Below are positions 52,944 through 64,000 of a DNA stretch of 64,000 nucleotides, in pieces. The position numbers and the translations under genes were made by a program. A model generated the notes under the pieces. That model worked only from the letters and a program-made list of their open reading frames with translations. It ran no database searches and was not told where the DNA came from. Position 1 is the first letter of the stretch, and each line of letters starts with the position of its first letter. Source of the stretch: Octopus sinensis (taxonomy: Eukaryota); assembly GCF_006345805.1 (NCBI RefSeq), contig NC_043005.1, forward strand, positions 48,236,001-48,300,000, in the 5' to 3' direction.

Positions 52944-53340
52944 ATGAAAGAAAGAGAAAAGGTTGATAAACATGGAGACCTGAGAATTGAGATCGCTAAG
53001 TTGTGGCAGCTACGAGGGTCAAACATAAAGTTTATCCCTATAGTCATCAGAGAGTTGGGTTCAATACCACCCAATCTGGAAAAAAAAACCCTGAAAACTT
53101 TAGAAATACCCTCCTATCTAAGTGTATTGCAAAGGTTGGCATTACTTGGAATAGTACGCATATTGCGTAAAGTACTGTCTGTCTGAGGTCCTTGTCGTAA
53201 CTTGACAAACAGGACAAACCCCCGGTAGACACGATATCTTCAATCAACAACCTCACGATATTGTATTCTGTGCGACGTCTATGATGATGATGATGAGGAT
53301 GATGACGATGATGATGACGACGACGACGACGACGATGATG
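52944..53340 (+). mobile_element. 3' end of an RLE non-LTR retrotransposon with (GAT)n tail
   Basis: EKVDKHGDLRIEIAKLW..IPIVIRELG..ALLGIVRILRKVLSV*, 3' UTR, then (GAT/GAC)n. Confidence 0.8.
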
Positions 53341-53399
53341 TGGCGCATCTGCAATAGAGTGGGTGAAATCATTGCTCATATAACGAACGAATGACCTAG

Positions 53400-53960
53400 A
53401 ATTGCTCAAAACCACTACAAGTTGTGGCGACACGACCAGGTAGCGAAAGTGCTACATTGGAAACTGTGCGAAAAGTGGGGACTAAAGAGAGGCAGGACAT
53501 GGTATGAGCACAGACCGCAGAGAGTAGCAGAGTCGGAGACTAGCAATAACCTCTGGGATTTCCCAATCCAAACAGACCCGGGATTAGAACATAACAGACC
53601 GGACTTAGTGGTGGTGGACAAGGTGCAGCACATATGCTATGTAGTTGACGTTGCATGCCTCTTTGATCCACGAATAAGCAAGAAGGAAGGCGAAAAAAAA
53701 TAGATAAATACAACCCTCTTAAGTACGAAATTCCCCGGCAATGGAAGATGAAGAAGGTGAATATAGTGGTAATTATTGTTGAGTCTTGGAACAGTATCAG
53801 AAGGCATCAAGAGAAATATAAAATAAATTTGAATAGATTACCCTGTAGAACTGTTAGAAAAGGTTTACCTCCTTGGAACGGCCAGACTAATTAGGAAAGT
53901 ATTAGATAGCTGAAAAGAACGAATAGTATGGTACTGTAGGCTGCAAATAGTAGGCCCGCT
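53400..53960 (+). mobile_element. 3' end of another RLE (R4/Dong/NeSL-like) retrotransposon
   Basis: WRHDQVAKVLHW, LWDFPIQTD..HNRPDLVVVDK..VVDVAC..KYNPLKYEI, LLGTARLIRKVLDS* (stop at 53911-53913). Confidence 0.85.
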
Positions 53961-55001
53961 ACGCATGCAAGCCTCCAGGAGCTCCAACAAAACCTATGAT
54001 AAAGAGAAAATAGTAGTAATAAATAAATAATTTTCTATTATCGTATATGACCGATATAAGAACTGCATATAGTGTATGTGGTCTAGAAAACACGAAAGAA
54101 ATTCTGTGTACGTCATAGAGCTCTATGAGACATAATTCATATGGCATCGTTAGCAGTGTGTCTTGGAGGGATTTCAGGTGTTTTCAACTTATTGTAATGT
54201 TAACTATTATTATTTTTGAATTCGTTTCCAAAAAAAAACTTATATATTTCTCGATGCTTCAATTTACGTTCTAAATATAAAGATACATTTTATAAGTTTA
54301 TTTAACTTTTCAAGTAAAAAGGATTTTAAAATTTACTGCAAAATCATACCTGTCGTTGATAACAGTTGAACTTGATTTAGTAAAGGTGGATTTATAGTAG
54401 GAAGTAATTCTTTGTAATTTTTAGTAATTAGAGGTATGATCATCTTCCATTACATCGTAGAAACCTGAGATCAAGGAAAATTATTTCTTAGCATTAGTTC
54501 GGGTCATATCTATTTAAGATAATCGACAAATAAATATATCCTTAAGAAATATAAAACTGCAATAGCGAAGTCAAAAAAGCAGAAAAGGGCTACCGAATCG
54601 ACTCAACTAAAAAGAGAATAAAAACTATGGTATAAATATACATACAAACCATCACTCTTCATATACTGAAAAGAAAAAGTTATAATTAAAATGTAAGGGT
54701 AGACCAGCACGTGGGAACAGCCAAGAGAAAAAGATAAATGAAATGAGCTTACGCCTAAGAGATGTGTTGGGACAAATTGACTCAAAGTACGAGTCGAATT
54801 TGAGTTGTTTATGTGCTAAAGTCAATTCTTAATAATTTATATCCTTAAGATCCTAAGGTGTTTCTGTTGACGATATATTGTTACAAAGTGTTTCAATAGT
54901 TTTTCGTATAAGAGAATGTTTAGTTTGCTTAGCCATGTTTCATTTTCTTCAACATCTTTATGATCTCTGTCGTCGCCAATGAGAATTTCTCCATTATTGA
55001 T

Positions 55002-55295
55002 ATTATTTACATTATTTGCATTCGACGGATATTTGTCCTCATCTTGTTTGTTGTTAACACAACACTTCGGCTGATATACTCTCCAGCCTTCTTCAGGTGT
55101 CTTGGAGAAATTTCGAACCTTAGGAATGAGAACCCAGGTTCGAAATTTCCTCAAGACACCTGAAGAAGGCTGGAGGGTATACCAGCCGAAACGCTGTGTT
55201 AACAACAAACAAGATGAGGACAAATATCCGTCGAATGTGAATAATGTAAATAATGTAAATAATGTACATAATTCCTGATCTCTTAAATATATAAC
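55002..55295. mobile_element. Fold-back (inverted duplication) of the hammerhead-bearing PLE-type tail
   Basis: Arms 55002-55120 and 55136-55254, 15-nt spacer; sequence matches 35759-35890; (aaataatgt)n at the 3' end. Confidence 0.85.
55155..55200 (+). ncRNA. Hammerhead-like motif, mutated at U16.1
   Basis: GACAC-CUGAAGA-A-GGCUGG..CCAGCC-GAAA-C-GCU-GUGUU. The mirror copy at 55056-55101 (minus) is mutated at A15.1/C15.2. Confidence 0.5.
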
Positions 55296-55499
55296 TCAGA
55301 ATTTCTCCGCTATTTTTCTTTCGGTAACACTTAATGTCCAGGGTTACCTCTGATGTCTGTTTATCAGGTTCTGGCGCCGTCTTCTTTGACATCTATTTCG
55401 CCTGTCTTCTTTCTGAAATATATAATGAAAATCAGATGTCCCGAACCCTTTAAAATCTTATTCTATGTGCACTTTGTACAGAATTGCTTTTTTTTTTTT

Positions 55500-56660
55500 T
55501 TTTTGCTTTTTCAAGCATTGCCTACACTGGTAGTCAATGTTTGGAAGACAGTGCTTCCAGAAGTTACCAAATTTAAGATTGCTAACTTAATGTTGTGTGA
55601 GTCTCTTGGCGTCATCCGGAGTTCTCTGTCATCGTGTCTTTGCGAAGATCACCATTGTTATAACCACGAACCTTTCGTCCAAATGTTTTTGTTGGTTACA
55701 ATTATATCTTGAGCCATTGGTTGGAAAGTAAAGGTAATAGTGAATTGCAAGAATATGCACCCTATTTCACTATCATAACTGACAATTTGGTGAATCCTGG
55801 GTGAGCAGGTGTGCATTATCAAAAATTAATGCCATCCCCAAATCACCAGCAGAAATTTGAAGACATTTCTGGAATTTAAGCACTGCAGGCATAAAATGCC
55901 AACGAAAAAGACATTAAAAATATGCTTGTTGAAGCAAGATATTATTGAAATGGTGATAATACACTGATACGCTAGTGTGTCATGTATTTGAAAAGTGGCA
56001 GACGTGCTGGTCGTTTATCACCAATAACTTTGAAAGATGCACACCGTCTGCATTCGCACTACACATATCTGACAAATGTTCCTCACTTAAATTACCAAAA
56101 GTATTGGTTTCGTTCTTAAAAGTTCGAGTATTCCAAGTTAGGTACCACCTATACAACCCTGTTTATTTCCATCACATACTTTGAAAATCGGGAGCCTTTA
56201 CATTAGTATCATTTAACCTTTTCCTGCAAGGTCTGAATTCTTCGAATGTTTTGCTTCCGCTTCACCACGGGCAATTTTATGATTCATTTTCATAGCGATT
56301 TCTAAAATGCTGTCACTAGCTTTGAAATATTTGCTTAGTTATCTTGGTTGTAGCACTTAGAGTGTCCGACATTGTTGCCACACGATCATTAATGAATAAG
56401 CTGCCTCATTACAGCTTTCTCCAAATTTGTGTATTTTGCAACACCCATTCCGTTCATTACACCAACAACGCAACGAACGGGTACAGTAAATTTAGATTTT
56501 GCATCAATGATATATATTTTTGCGTATGTTCCGTACTGTTCCCAAAACCCCCGTTACCGAAGCACCAGACTCTAACTGGCTTACAAGTTCACATTTTACG
56601 TTCACAGGATTACGTGACTTTTTTCTTTAGACTTTTACTTTCCAGTGAAGCCAGGATATA
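55500..56660 (-). pseudogene. Tigger/pogo transposase relic
   Basis: FKASD..RGEAEA, TGLYRW, CSANADG..KLLVI, LIFDNA and FQPMAQDII, all disrupted. Confidence 0.7.
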
Positions 56661-56999
56661 AAATACAACGTTGAAAGAGATGCCTAATTCAAGCCAATGA
56701 CAAGCAATTTGGACAGGGCATTAGAATTCACCATCCACTAAATATTTTAATATACGAGACAAAAATAAATGTTGTGTCCTAAACCCAAGGACTGGTAATT
56801 AAATGTGTTAAATTCTATCAAAAGGATTTCTTTAAAGTTATCTAACTGATAAGAATATATCCATTTATATATTTTTCTAAACATAAATCCCTATACATAG
56901 GCGCATGTGTTGCTGTATAGTAAACGTCGAGCGGGCGTATGTGTGCATATATTTATACATATGTGTGTGTGTACATATAAGTGTGTGTATGTATGTGTG

Positions 57000-57150
57000 C
57001 GTGCATGTATGTCACTATGCATGTGTGAACGTATATTTGTATTATTGTGTTTTCCCTACCACTGCCTTACAACCGGTGTCGGTTTGTTTACGTCCCCATT
57101 TCTTATCGGTTCGGTAAAAATGACTATTAGATTAACTACCATGCTTTTAA
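57000..57150 (+). mobile_element. SINE family A 3' fragment
   Basis: accactgccttacaaccggtgtcggtttgtttacgtcccc..cggttcggtaaaa. Confidence 0.6.
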
Positions 57151-57166
57151 AAAATTCATCTGGCCG

Positions 57167-57217
<51 letters not shown>

Positions 57218-57539
57218 GTCGCATGCAGCCCTTTTTCAAACACAAGTGCGATCCACGAATGGCGTGGCTAGAGGTTTAAAAATGGAGAACCCACAACATT
57301 TTAAATAATTAAAATGATGATACTTTAATTAATGAAAATAGGATTATTCATGAGCAAATAAAATGTAAACAATTTTTTACTTGATAATGGATTGATATGA
57401 CGGAAATCTTTGCCGTAAATATGTGTTTACTAATATGCAGTCCCTATGACCACATACATGCGAATAATGCGGCCCGTATTGAATCTGCAGTTTGATATGA
57501 CAGCTTTAACCTCAATGAAAAACAGAAGAATATCTGTAG

Positions 57540-58230
57540 TGAATTACATCTAACAGGAAAATTATTTGACAGGGAAGACAATGAAGAATCAGTTGTAAGA
57601 AATAAAAGCGACAATTCAACCAATGATAAGAACAAAACATCAGACTAATTTTTTGATTTTATATCCAACTTCCCATATCGTGAACACCCATATTATATAA
57701 TTAACTCTACCACTCATCGAAAGGTATTTGAAATAATCGGCGAACTCAAAAGCCATATTGTAATTAAAGAAACAGATAAGAAAAGTGCAGTAGTTATTAT
57801 GGATAATAAACACAACTAGAGGATATCACCAAATATGAAATGATAAACAATTACCGAATATCAGAAGCAATGAAGAAATTTAGCGTCTCTACTCACCGAC
57901 ACTGAAAGCATTCGACAAAAAAAAAAGAAAGAGAGAGAGAGATGCGACTGCTTGACGAACTTTGAATGCAAAACACTTCACATATTTATCAGAAAATATA
58001 ACTTATGCTATTAAATATAATGGTTGTAATGAAAATTTCATAGAACAATCCAAACATAAGAAACATACTTAGCATTCATAAGCAATAAATAAGAGGTCCT
58101 AATACCAGGCAGATTTCACTTAGTGAACATTTTGACATTTAGACAAACAAATCAGCGAAATTCCAAGTCTTTCTATTTTACTTTTGCTTTAACGAAACTA
58201 CAGATTAAATACTGACAAAAATAAAGAAAA
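57540..58230 (+). pseudogene. Old, internally deleted Penelope-like element
   Basis: ESVVRNKSD, IVIKETDKKSAVVIMD (KxADKG motif) and ITYAIKYNGCNENFIEQS (GIY-YIG-like). Confidence 0.5.
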
Positions 58231-59106
58231 TTATGTTTATTATAGAACCAAGACTAAATAGTCTATAACGTGATACTGGATAGAGGCATACTATCTCAGT
58301 TCACATTTTCACATAGAAACGTATAAACACATACACGAAAAAGTAAGCTATTTCTTTACATTTGACAGACAACCTGGTGTTCATAGTATACATTCACTGG
58401 ATTAGTAAAAACTTAGATTTTAGTGCAAATTATCGCACACACTGTCACGTGACCCATTACGCGGACACAACGCACAAATATTTGTAAATATTTCCAGTAA
58501 TGAATATTTACGTCATCTGCAAAGAAACTATGAGTTACGTCGACTCCCTCGCATATAAATAGCGGAATTTTATTAAAGATATGACGAAAGAGTTGCTGCC
58601 AAAATAGACAGACTCACAGACTGTCTCTTTGCAACTTTCTTTAAAAAAAAAATTATAACATAACAGAGGCAATTGTTCAGCTTTCAGCTATAAGTGTCAT
58701 TGTTATTGGACGGGTTTGCATGAGCTTTACTTTGCCAGCAATTAGAGCATCAGATACTTTCACAAAGTGTAATGACTCCTGGAAACATGAGTAGGGATTG
58801 TGTAAAAGTTTTTTTTATAATCCTAAATCAAGCAATGAGCCAACACTTTTCTGCCAATGCAATGTTTCGATGCTGGTTATGAAATCAGTTCATATTGTGA
58901 TAACAATTTAGCATACCAAGATAGATCTTCAAAGTTTTTTTAAAGGTGTATATCAGCGACTTAATGGAGAACATCAATAGCTTAAGAATGTATGTATATA
59001 AGTATATATGTATATATGCATGAAATATAGATATATAATATATATATATATACACACTCACATATATATATAAGCATACATGTATATATATATATATGTA
59101 TATATG

Positions 59107-59168
<62 letters not shown>

Positions 59169-59620
59169 TCGCCTACATACACACACCCACACATACATAT
59201 ACACACTCACACACATATATGTAAGTATATGCATGTATATAAAACGAACACAGAAATTTACAACATGTTTCGGTAGAATCTTCTGATATATTCAGATTAC
59301 AACATCGCATAAATAAAACCATATCCTTCATGTTGGTTGTTGTATAGGTCATTATTAAGGTTTAAGCTTGCCTGTTTATATATGTTTAAAACTTTACCTG
59401 AGGATGGTGGATTTATGCTATGATGTAATCTATGAATACATCAGTAAAATTCTATCGAAACAGATGTAGTAAATTTTTAATATCATTTATGTTCTTTTTT
59501 ATACCTATCTGGCACCAATCCTCTGTCGGAACTACGGTTTATATGGAATATTTGTGCCCCTGTGTGTGTGTGTGTGTGTGTGTAGAAATATGTATAAATG
59601 TATATATGTGCATATATGTT

Positions 59621-59653
<33 letters not shown>

Positions 59654-59833
59654 GTGTGCATGTGTGTATAACTGTATATGTGCGTATACATATACATGTA
59701 ATTAACTGTATATACTTACATAACTGTACACATACATGCACATACATATATACATGCACACACACATATACATGCTTACATACACGCATACATATCCGGG
59801 ATGTTGACGATCTTAAAAAGTTACCGTTATATA

Positions 59834-60337
59834 CAGGGTTGGCCAAAAGTCATCTGACAGTAAATCAAAACCCATTTAATTCCAAGATTTATTTATGTTT
59901 AACAAGTGAAAGAATTTAATAAAAACATCTAAATATGACACACTCACCGGTAAAATTTCCACTTATTTCTTATTTTTATTTTCCTAAAATTTTCGTTACG
60001 TCTTGCAACCTTTTCAATAGTCTTGACTCTGAGACGCAACGAAAATTTTAGGAAAATAAAAAAAAGAAATAAGTGAAAATTTTACCGGTGAGTGTGTTAC
60101 ATTATAAGGCACAAAAAAAAAATGACTCTCCCCAGACACAACAGAATATGCTTCAACACACGAACTCAAATAAAGAATCTTGCAAACCAAATCCCAAAAC
60201 GAAATCTAAATATGAAATATCATGAAAATTGTTCAAACTGAAGTCCTTCTTGAACAACACATTTTCACATTCGAGTCAGTACAGAATTACAGATAGTATT
60301 TATGGAATTTTGATTTACTTTTGGGTGACTTTTGGCC
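59834..60337. mobile_element. Tc1/mariner-type MITE carrying a nested insertion
   Basis: ta|cagggttggccaaaagtcatctgacagtaaatcaaaa versus ttttgatttacttttgggtgactttggcca. Confidence 0.65.
59939..60203. mobile_element. 265-bp insertion with 12-bp TSD and an internal 66-bp inverted duplication
   Basis: TSD atctaaatatga at 59927-59938 and 60204-60215; arms about 59938-60003 and 60032-60097, 3 mismatches. Confidence 0.82.
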
Positions 60338-60634
60338 AGACGATCATGTGAAGGCTAGATTGATTTATGAAGTTATCACATTTCTTTTATTCTTGAACAT
60401 CTTTCATTCAATTACCTGAAGTGGTCTCGTAACATCGCCACCAAAAGATTTTGTCGATAATATTGACCCTAGTACTTATTTCAGTTTGACATTATTTTTA
60501 TTATCGATCAGCATTTAACGAATCGTTAGCTTATACTTTAACATAAAGGTACAAAAACTAACGCACTCGTTTGCCCATGTGGTGCACACACGCGTTCCTA
60601 CACATAGACACATATTGATTTCATGTTTTGATAT

Positions 60635-60830
60635 AACGCCAGCAAGTTCGCGGGAGGTGTAAGTCGATCAGATCTACTCCCAGTGCTTAACTGGTACTTA
60701 TTTTATGGACCCCGAAAGGATGAAAAGTAAAGTCAACCTTGGCAGAATTTGAACTCAGAACGTAAAGTCCGAATACCGCTAAGCATTTTGCTCGGAGTGA
60801 TAAAGATTCTGCCAGCTCACCGCCTTATAA
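60635..60830 (-). mobile_element. Family B SINE
   Basis: Core, B box and ccagctcaccgcctta head end. Confidence 0.75.
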
Positions 60831-62259
60831 CACACGTATACATATTGCCAGTTGTTTAAATATTCGATAAAATAAGTTAATCAATCAACCTTCTCACTGG
60901 TCAGGAGGGATAAACAACCTTCAGTTAAACGTCCATTAATTTTATATCGCCTGAAGAGATGAATCCATGAAGATGATCTACCCGATGCCCACGAATACTA
61001 CGCTCTACACTGTAACCATCCCAAGAATACGAACTGAGATCTTAAGAGGCATGTGATTTGTGGAAATGCATGTAAAGATGCATTAAAATGTTTATAAATT
61101 GCATCCAAGAATTATTGTATAATTCGACGTAACCCTCCAAAATTGGTCACCAGTCAGCATCATTAGATTGTGGGCGGCATAATATAATAGAAGCTTTATT
61201 TATATTTTCAAATGGTTTCCCGTAAACAATATATGTGTGTATGTATGTATGTATGTAAACTTCTTACCACACAGCTATGCCAGCGCCTATGTATATATTG
61301 TTAAAAAATTTCAACCGACTAATTTTATTGGAATTATATCTCTCCTTTGTTTTAAACTCACTTACGAGCACTTTTTTCCGACCAAATGCTTAAGGAGTCA
61401 ATGGTGAAGTTTCTTAACACGCTATATTATGCATGTGCAACACTATCAAAAGTATTGGCTAGACTGCGAAAAATTTTTGTTCACGTTTGCTAAATAACTA
61501 CCAAACTAGATATGAAAAAGTCTATGTTAGCAGGCAGACTATTGCAATGTTTTTATCGTTTTCCTTCCTACTTATTGACTAGTATTGTAAGGTGAGAAAG
61601 AATAAAGATGTGTCAGTTCTGCTGTTTACAGCTGACAGAACAGTCACCTTTGACTCTTATATAGAAGCACGAGAAAACAAACAAAATGTTAGCTTAACCA
61701 ACATTTATGTTTGCTGGTGTGGAGAGATGAAGGAAGAGGGTCACAGAACATGGCATGTATAACCGAACGATGCTGATTCGGATAATGCTCATTGAATACT
61801 GTAGAAATAGGAGAACATGGTTTGCGGTAAAGTGCAAAATGTAGAGTATTTTAGGATGAAAGAGACAAAGCAACTATTGTAAAAACTGGAATGAGAAGTG
61901 GCTGTAAGACGCATAAATATGCGTAATTATATGTGTTTGTGTGTGTGTGTGTGTGCTTATGTATATATATATATATGTGTGTATATATGTGTATGTATAT
62001 GTATGTGTGTGTGTGTGTCTATATGTGTATGTGTGTGCGTGCGCTTATTTGTTTATATATGTGTATATATTTGAATAAACATACATATATGTGCATATAT
62101 ATTATATATAATGCATTTATTATAAATATATATATATATATATATTGAACATGTATATGTTTATATATGCATATTTGTATATGTGCGTACACGTACCTAT
62201 GTGTAGATATTACTTCAAGAAATGTTTAGCAGTTGCAGCAGTTTTTTGGGGTTTTTTTT

Positions 62260-63052
62260 TTTTTTGCAAAAATTGAAACCAATATATTCTCCTTCACTGT
62301 TCACAACTTCTTGCTAAAGTTCCACTAGCTTTTCAAAGTCTTGACTCGAAGAATTCAGCGCGCCATGCTTTCAATTCCAAGTTGCTGGTGAACAGGACGC
62401 CTCGCAAACCGGTGGAAGGCGACTTGTAAAACGTGATAATCTGAAGTTGATGCATCAAGAAAATTCAATGGCTGCAGTAGAGCTTCCCGACTGAACTCTT
62501 GAATAACATTTTTTTAGCAAATTAGCGAGGTTGTGTGTACGTTGTCGTGTTGAAGAAGCCCGCCCTGTCGCCGGCGGCCAGCCGGCTCGTTTGGACCTTT
62601 ACCATCCAGTGAATGCGATGGATGACGGCACCATGAGAGCATCCTATCGCTGAATTAATTCTATAGTGGATTGATGAGGATTCTCGTGGATGAGCTCGTT
62701 CAGTTGATCCTCATTGAACTGAACAAGTCTGTCGGAACTCGAAGAGTCTCAGCGGTAGAATTTCCCCTCTCTGAAGCGTAAAGACCATTTGAGTGCAGCG
62801 CTTTCAGTAATAGAGCATTCTCTCTTCACAAAACAAACGTTTAGAGCGGATTTAGCAGTTTCTGAACCTTGATTGAAGATATTTAAGTGTCGAAAATGCT
62901 CGCTATTTTTTTCTGTTTGACATTCCATTGTTATGTATCTGAAAACAGATAAAATTCATTCAAATTTCAAAATCGTAATGGCGATAAAAATATCGTTCGT
63001 GTTAATTCAAATAAGATTAGAAAGGGAAAGAATTTATCTGACACACCAATAT
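62260..63052 (-). mobile_element. Internally deleted mariner element
   Basis: MECQTEKNSEHFRH (ATG at 62928), KWSLRFREG, LNELIHENPHQST, C-terminal VVNSEGEYI; one TIR-like end tattggtgtgtcagataaattc near 63030-63052. Confidence 0.75.
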
Positions 63053-63205
63053 ATACATACACACACACCACACACACACACACCACACACACACAACACA
63101 CACACACACACACACACACACATTATTATAATTAGTATTATTATCATTATCATTACTACTACTACTACTACTACTACTAGTAGTAGTAGTAGTAGTAGTA
63201 GTAGT

Positions 63206-63430
63206 AATGGCGGCGAGCTGCCAGAAACGTAAGCAAGTCGGGCAAAATGCTTAGCGGTGTTTCGTTTGCTGCTACGTTCTGAGTGCAAATTCTGCCGAGG
63301 TCGACTTAGCCTTTTGTCCTCTCGGGGTCGATTAAATAAGTACCACTTACGCACTGGGGTCGATGTAATCGACTTAATCCCTTTGTCTGTCATTGTTTGT
63401 CCCCTGTATGTGGGCAGTAAAGAAATAAGT
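63206..63430 (+). mobile_element. Family B SINE inserted in (TAG)n
   Basis: Full monomer with (AGT)n on both sides. Confidence 0.88.
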
Positions 63431-63445
63431 AGTAGTAGTAGTAGC

Positions 63446-63492
<47 letters not shown>

Positions 63493-63644
63493 CAGCAGTA
63501 GCAGCAGCATTTTTCAGAAATAACAGAGACCCACATTCCGACAGTTTCGTGCTAATCATTAATAAAAATATACACATATTCACATTTCGAGTTCTATTTT
63601 ACCTCTTAGCAGGTAAATCTATACCTATGTATATATTTATTTTC

Positions 63645-63878
63645 TTTTTTTCTTTTACTTGTTTCAGTCATTTGACTTCGGCCATGCTGGAGCACCGCCT
63701 TTAGTCGAACAAATAGCCCATAGGACTTATTCTTTGCAAGCCTTGTAATATTCTGTCGGTCTCTTTTGCCGAACCGCTAAGTTACGGGGATGTAAACACG
63801 CCAACATTGGTTGTCAAGCGTTGGTGGGAGAGACAAACACACAAATACATACATACATACATACATACATACATACAT

Positions 63879-63917
<39 letters not shown>

Positions 63918-64000
63918 CAGACACACACACACAAACACACAGACACACACACACACACACAACACACACACACACCACACAATTATTAAATTAGTATTAT
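63645..64000 (-). mobile_element. SINE family A, 3' part plus internal microsatellite
   Basis: ttacttgtttcagtcatttgac...gaaccgctaagttacggggat...gacaaacac then (TACA)n(CA)n. Confidence 0.85.

Overview
AT-rich, microsatellite-saturated eukaryotic non-coding DNA with a 100-N scaffold gap at 44575-44674. The SINE families and the density of (TA)n, (TG)n, (AAT)n and (GATA)n tracts point to an octopus (cephalopod) genome; this is an inference from pattern, not a database hit. No recognisable host gene is present, and almost all entries in the ORF track are microsatellite or SINE artefacts. Two small, unrecognised plus-strand exon candidates were found. The window contains dozens of tRNA-derived SINE copies from about four families; a hAT/Charlie-Buster element with both TIRs; a 5'-truncated Helitron (PIF1 helicase, no nonsense codons) and a non-autonomous relative; Tc1, mariner and Tigger/pogo relics; R4/Dong-like RLE LINE 3' ends; CR1/L2- and RTE-like RT fragments; and two Penelope-like elements (PLEs). 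The best lead is a 258-bp unit flanked by a perfect 14-bp TSD (35759-36016, minus strand), built as tRNA-like Pol III head + (AAT)n + minimal type I hammerhead ribozyme. The same head lies about 30 nt after the stop codon of a Penelope RT/GIY-YIG ORF, and the same hammerhead tail forms a fold-back at 55 kb, suggesting a Penelope-linked, ribozyme-bearing SINE-like system. Other leads are a SINE that multimerises at one fixed junction, a nest of (AAT)n-targeted retroinsertions, three fold-back insertions, and a CACC-bounded 239-bp element. Coordinates of degenerate repeats are approximate.
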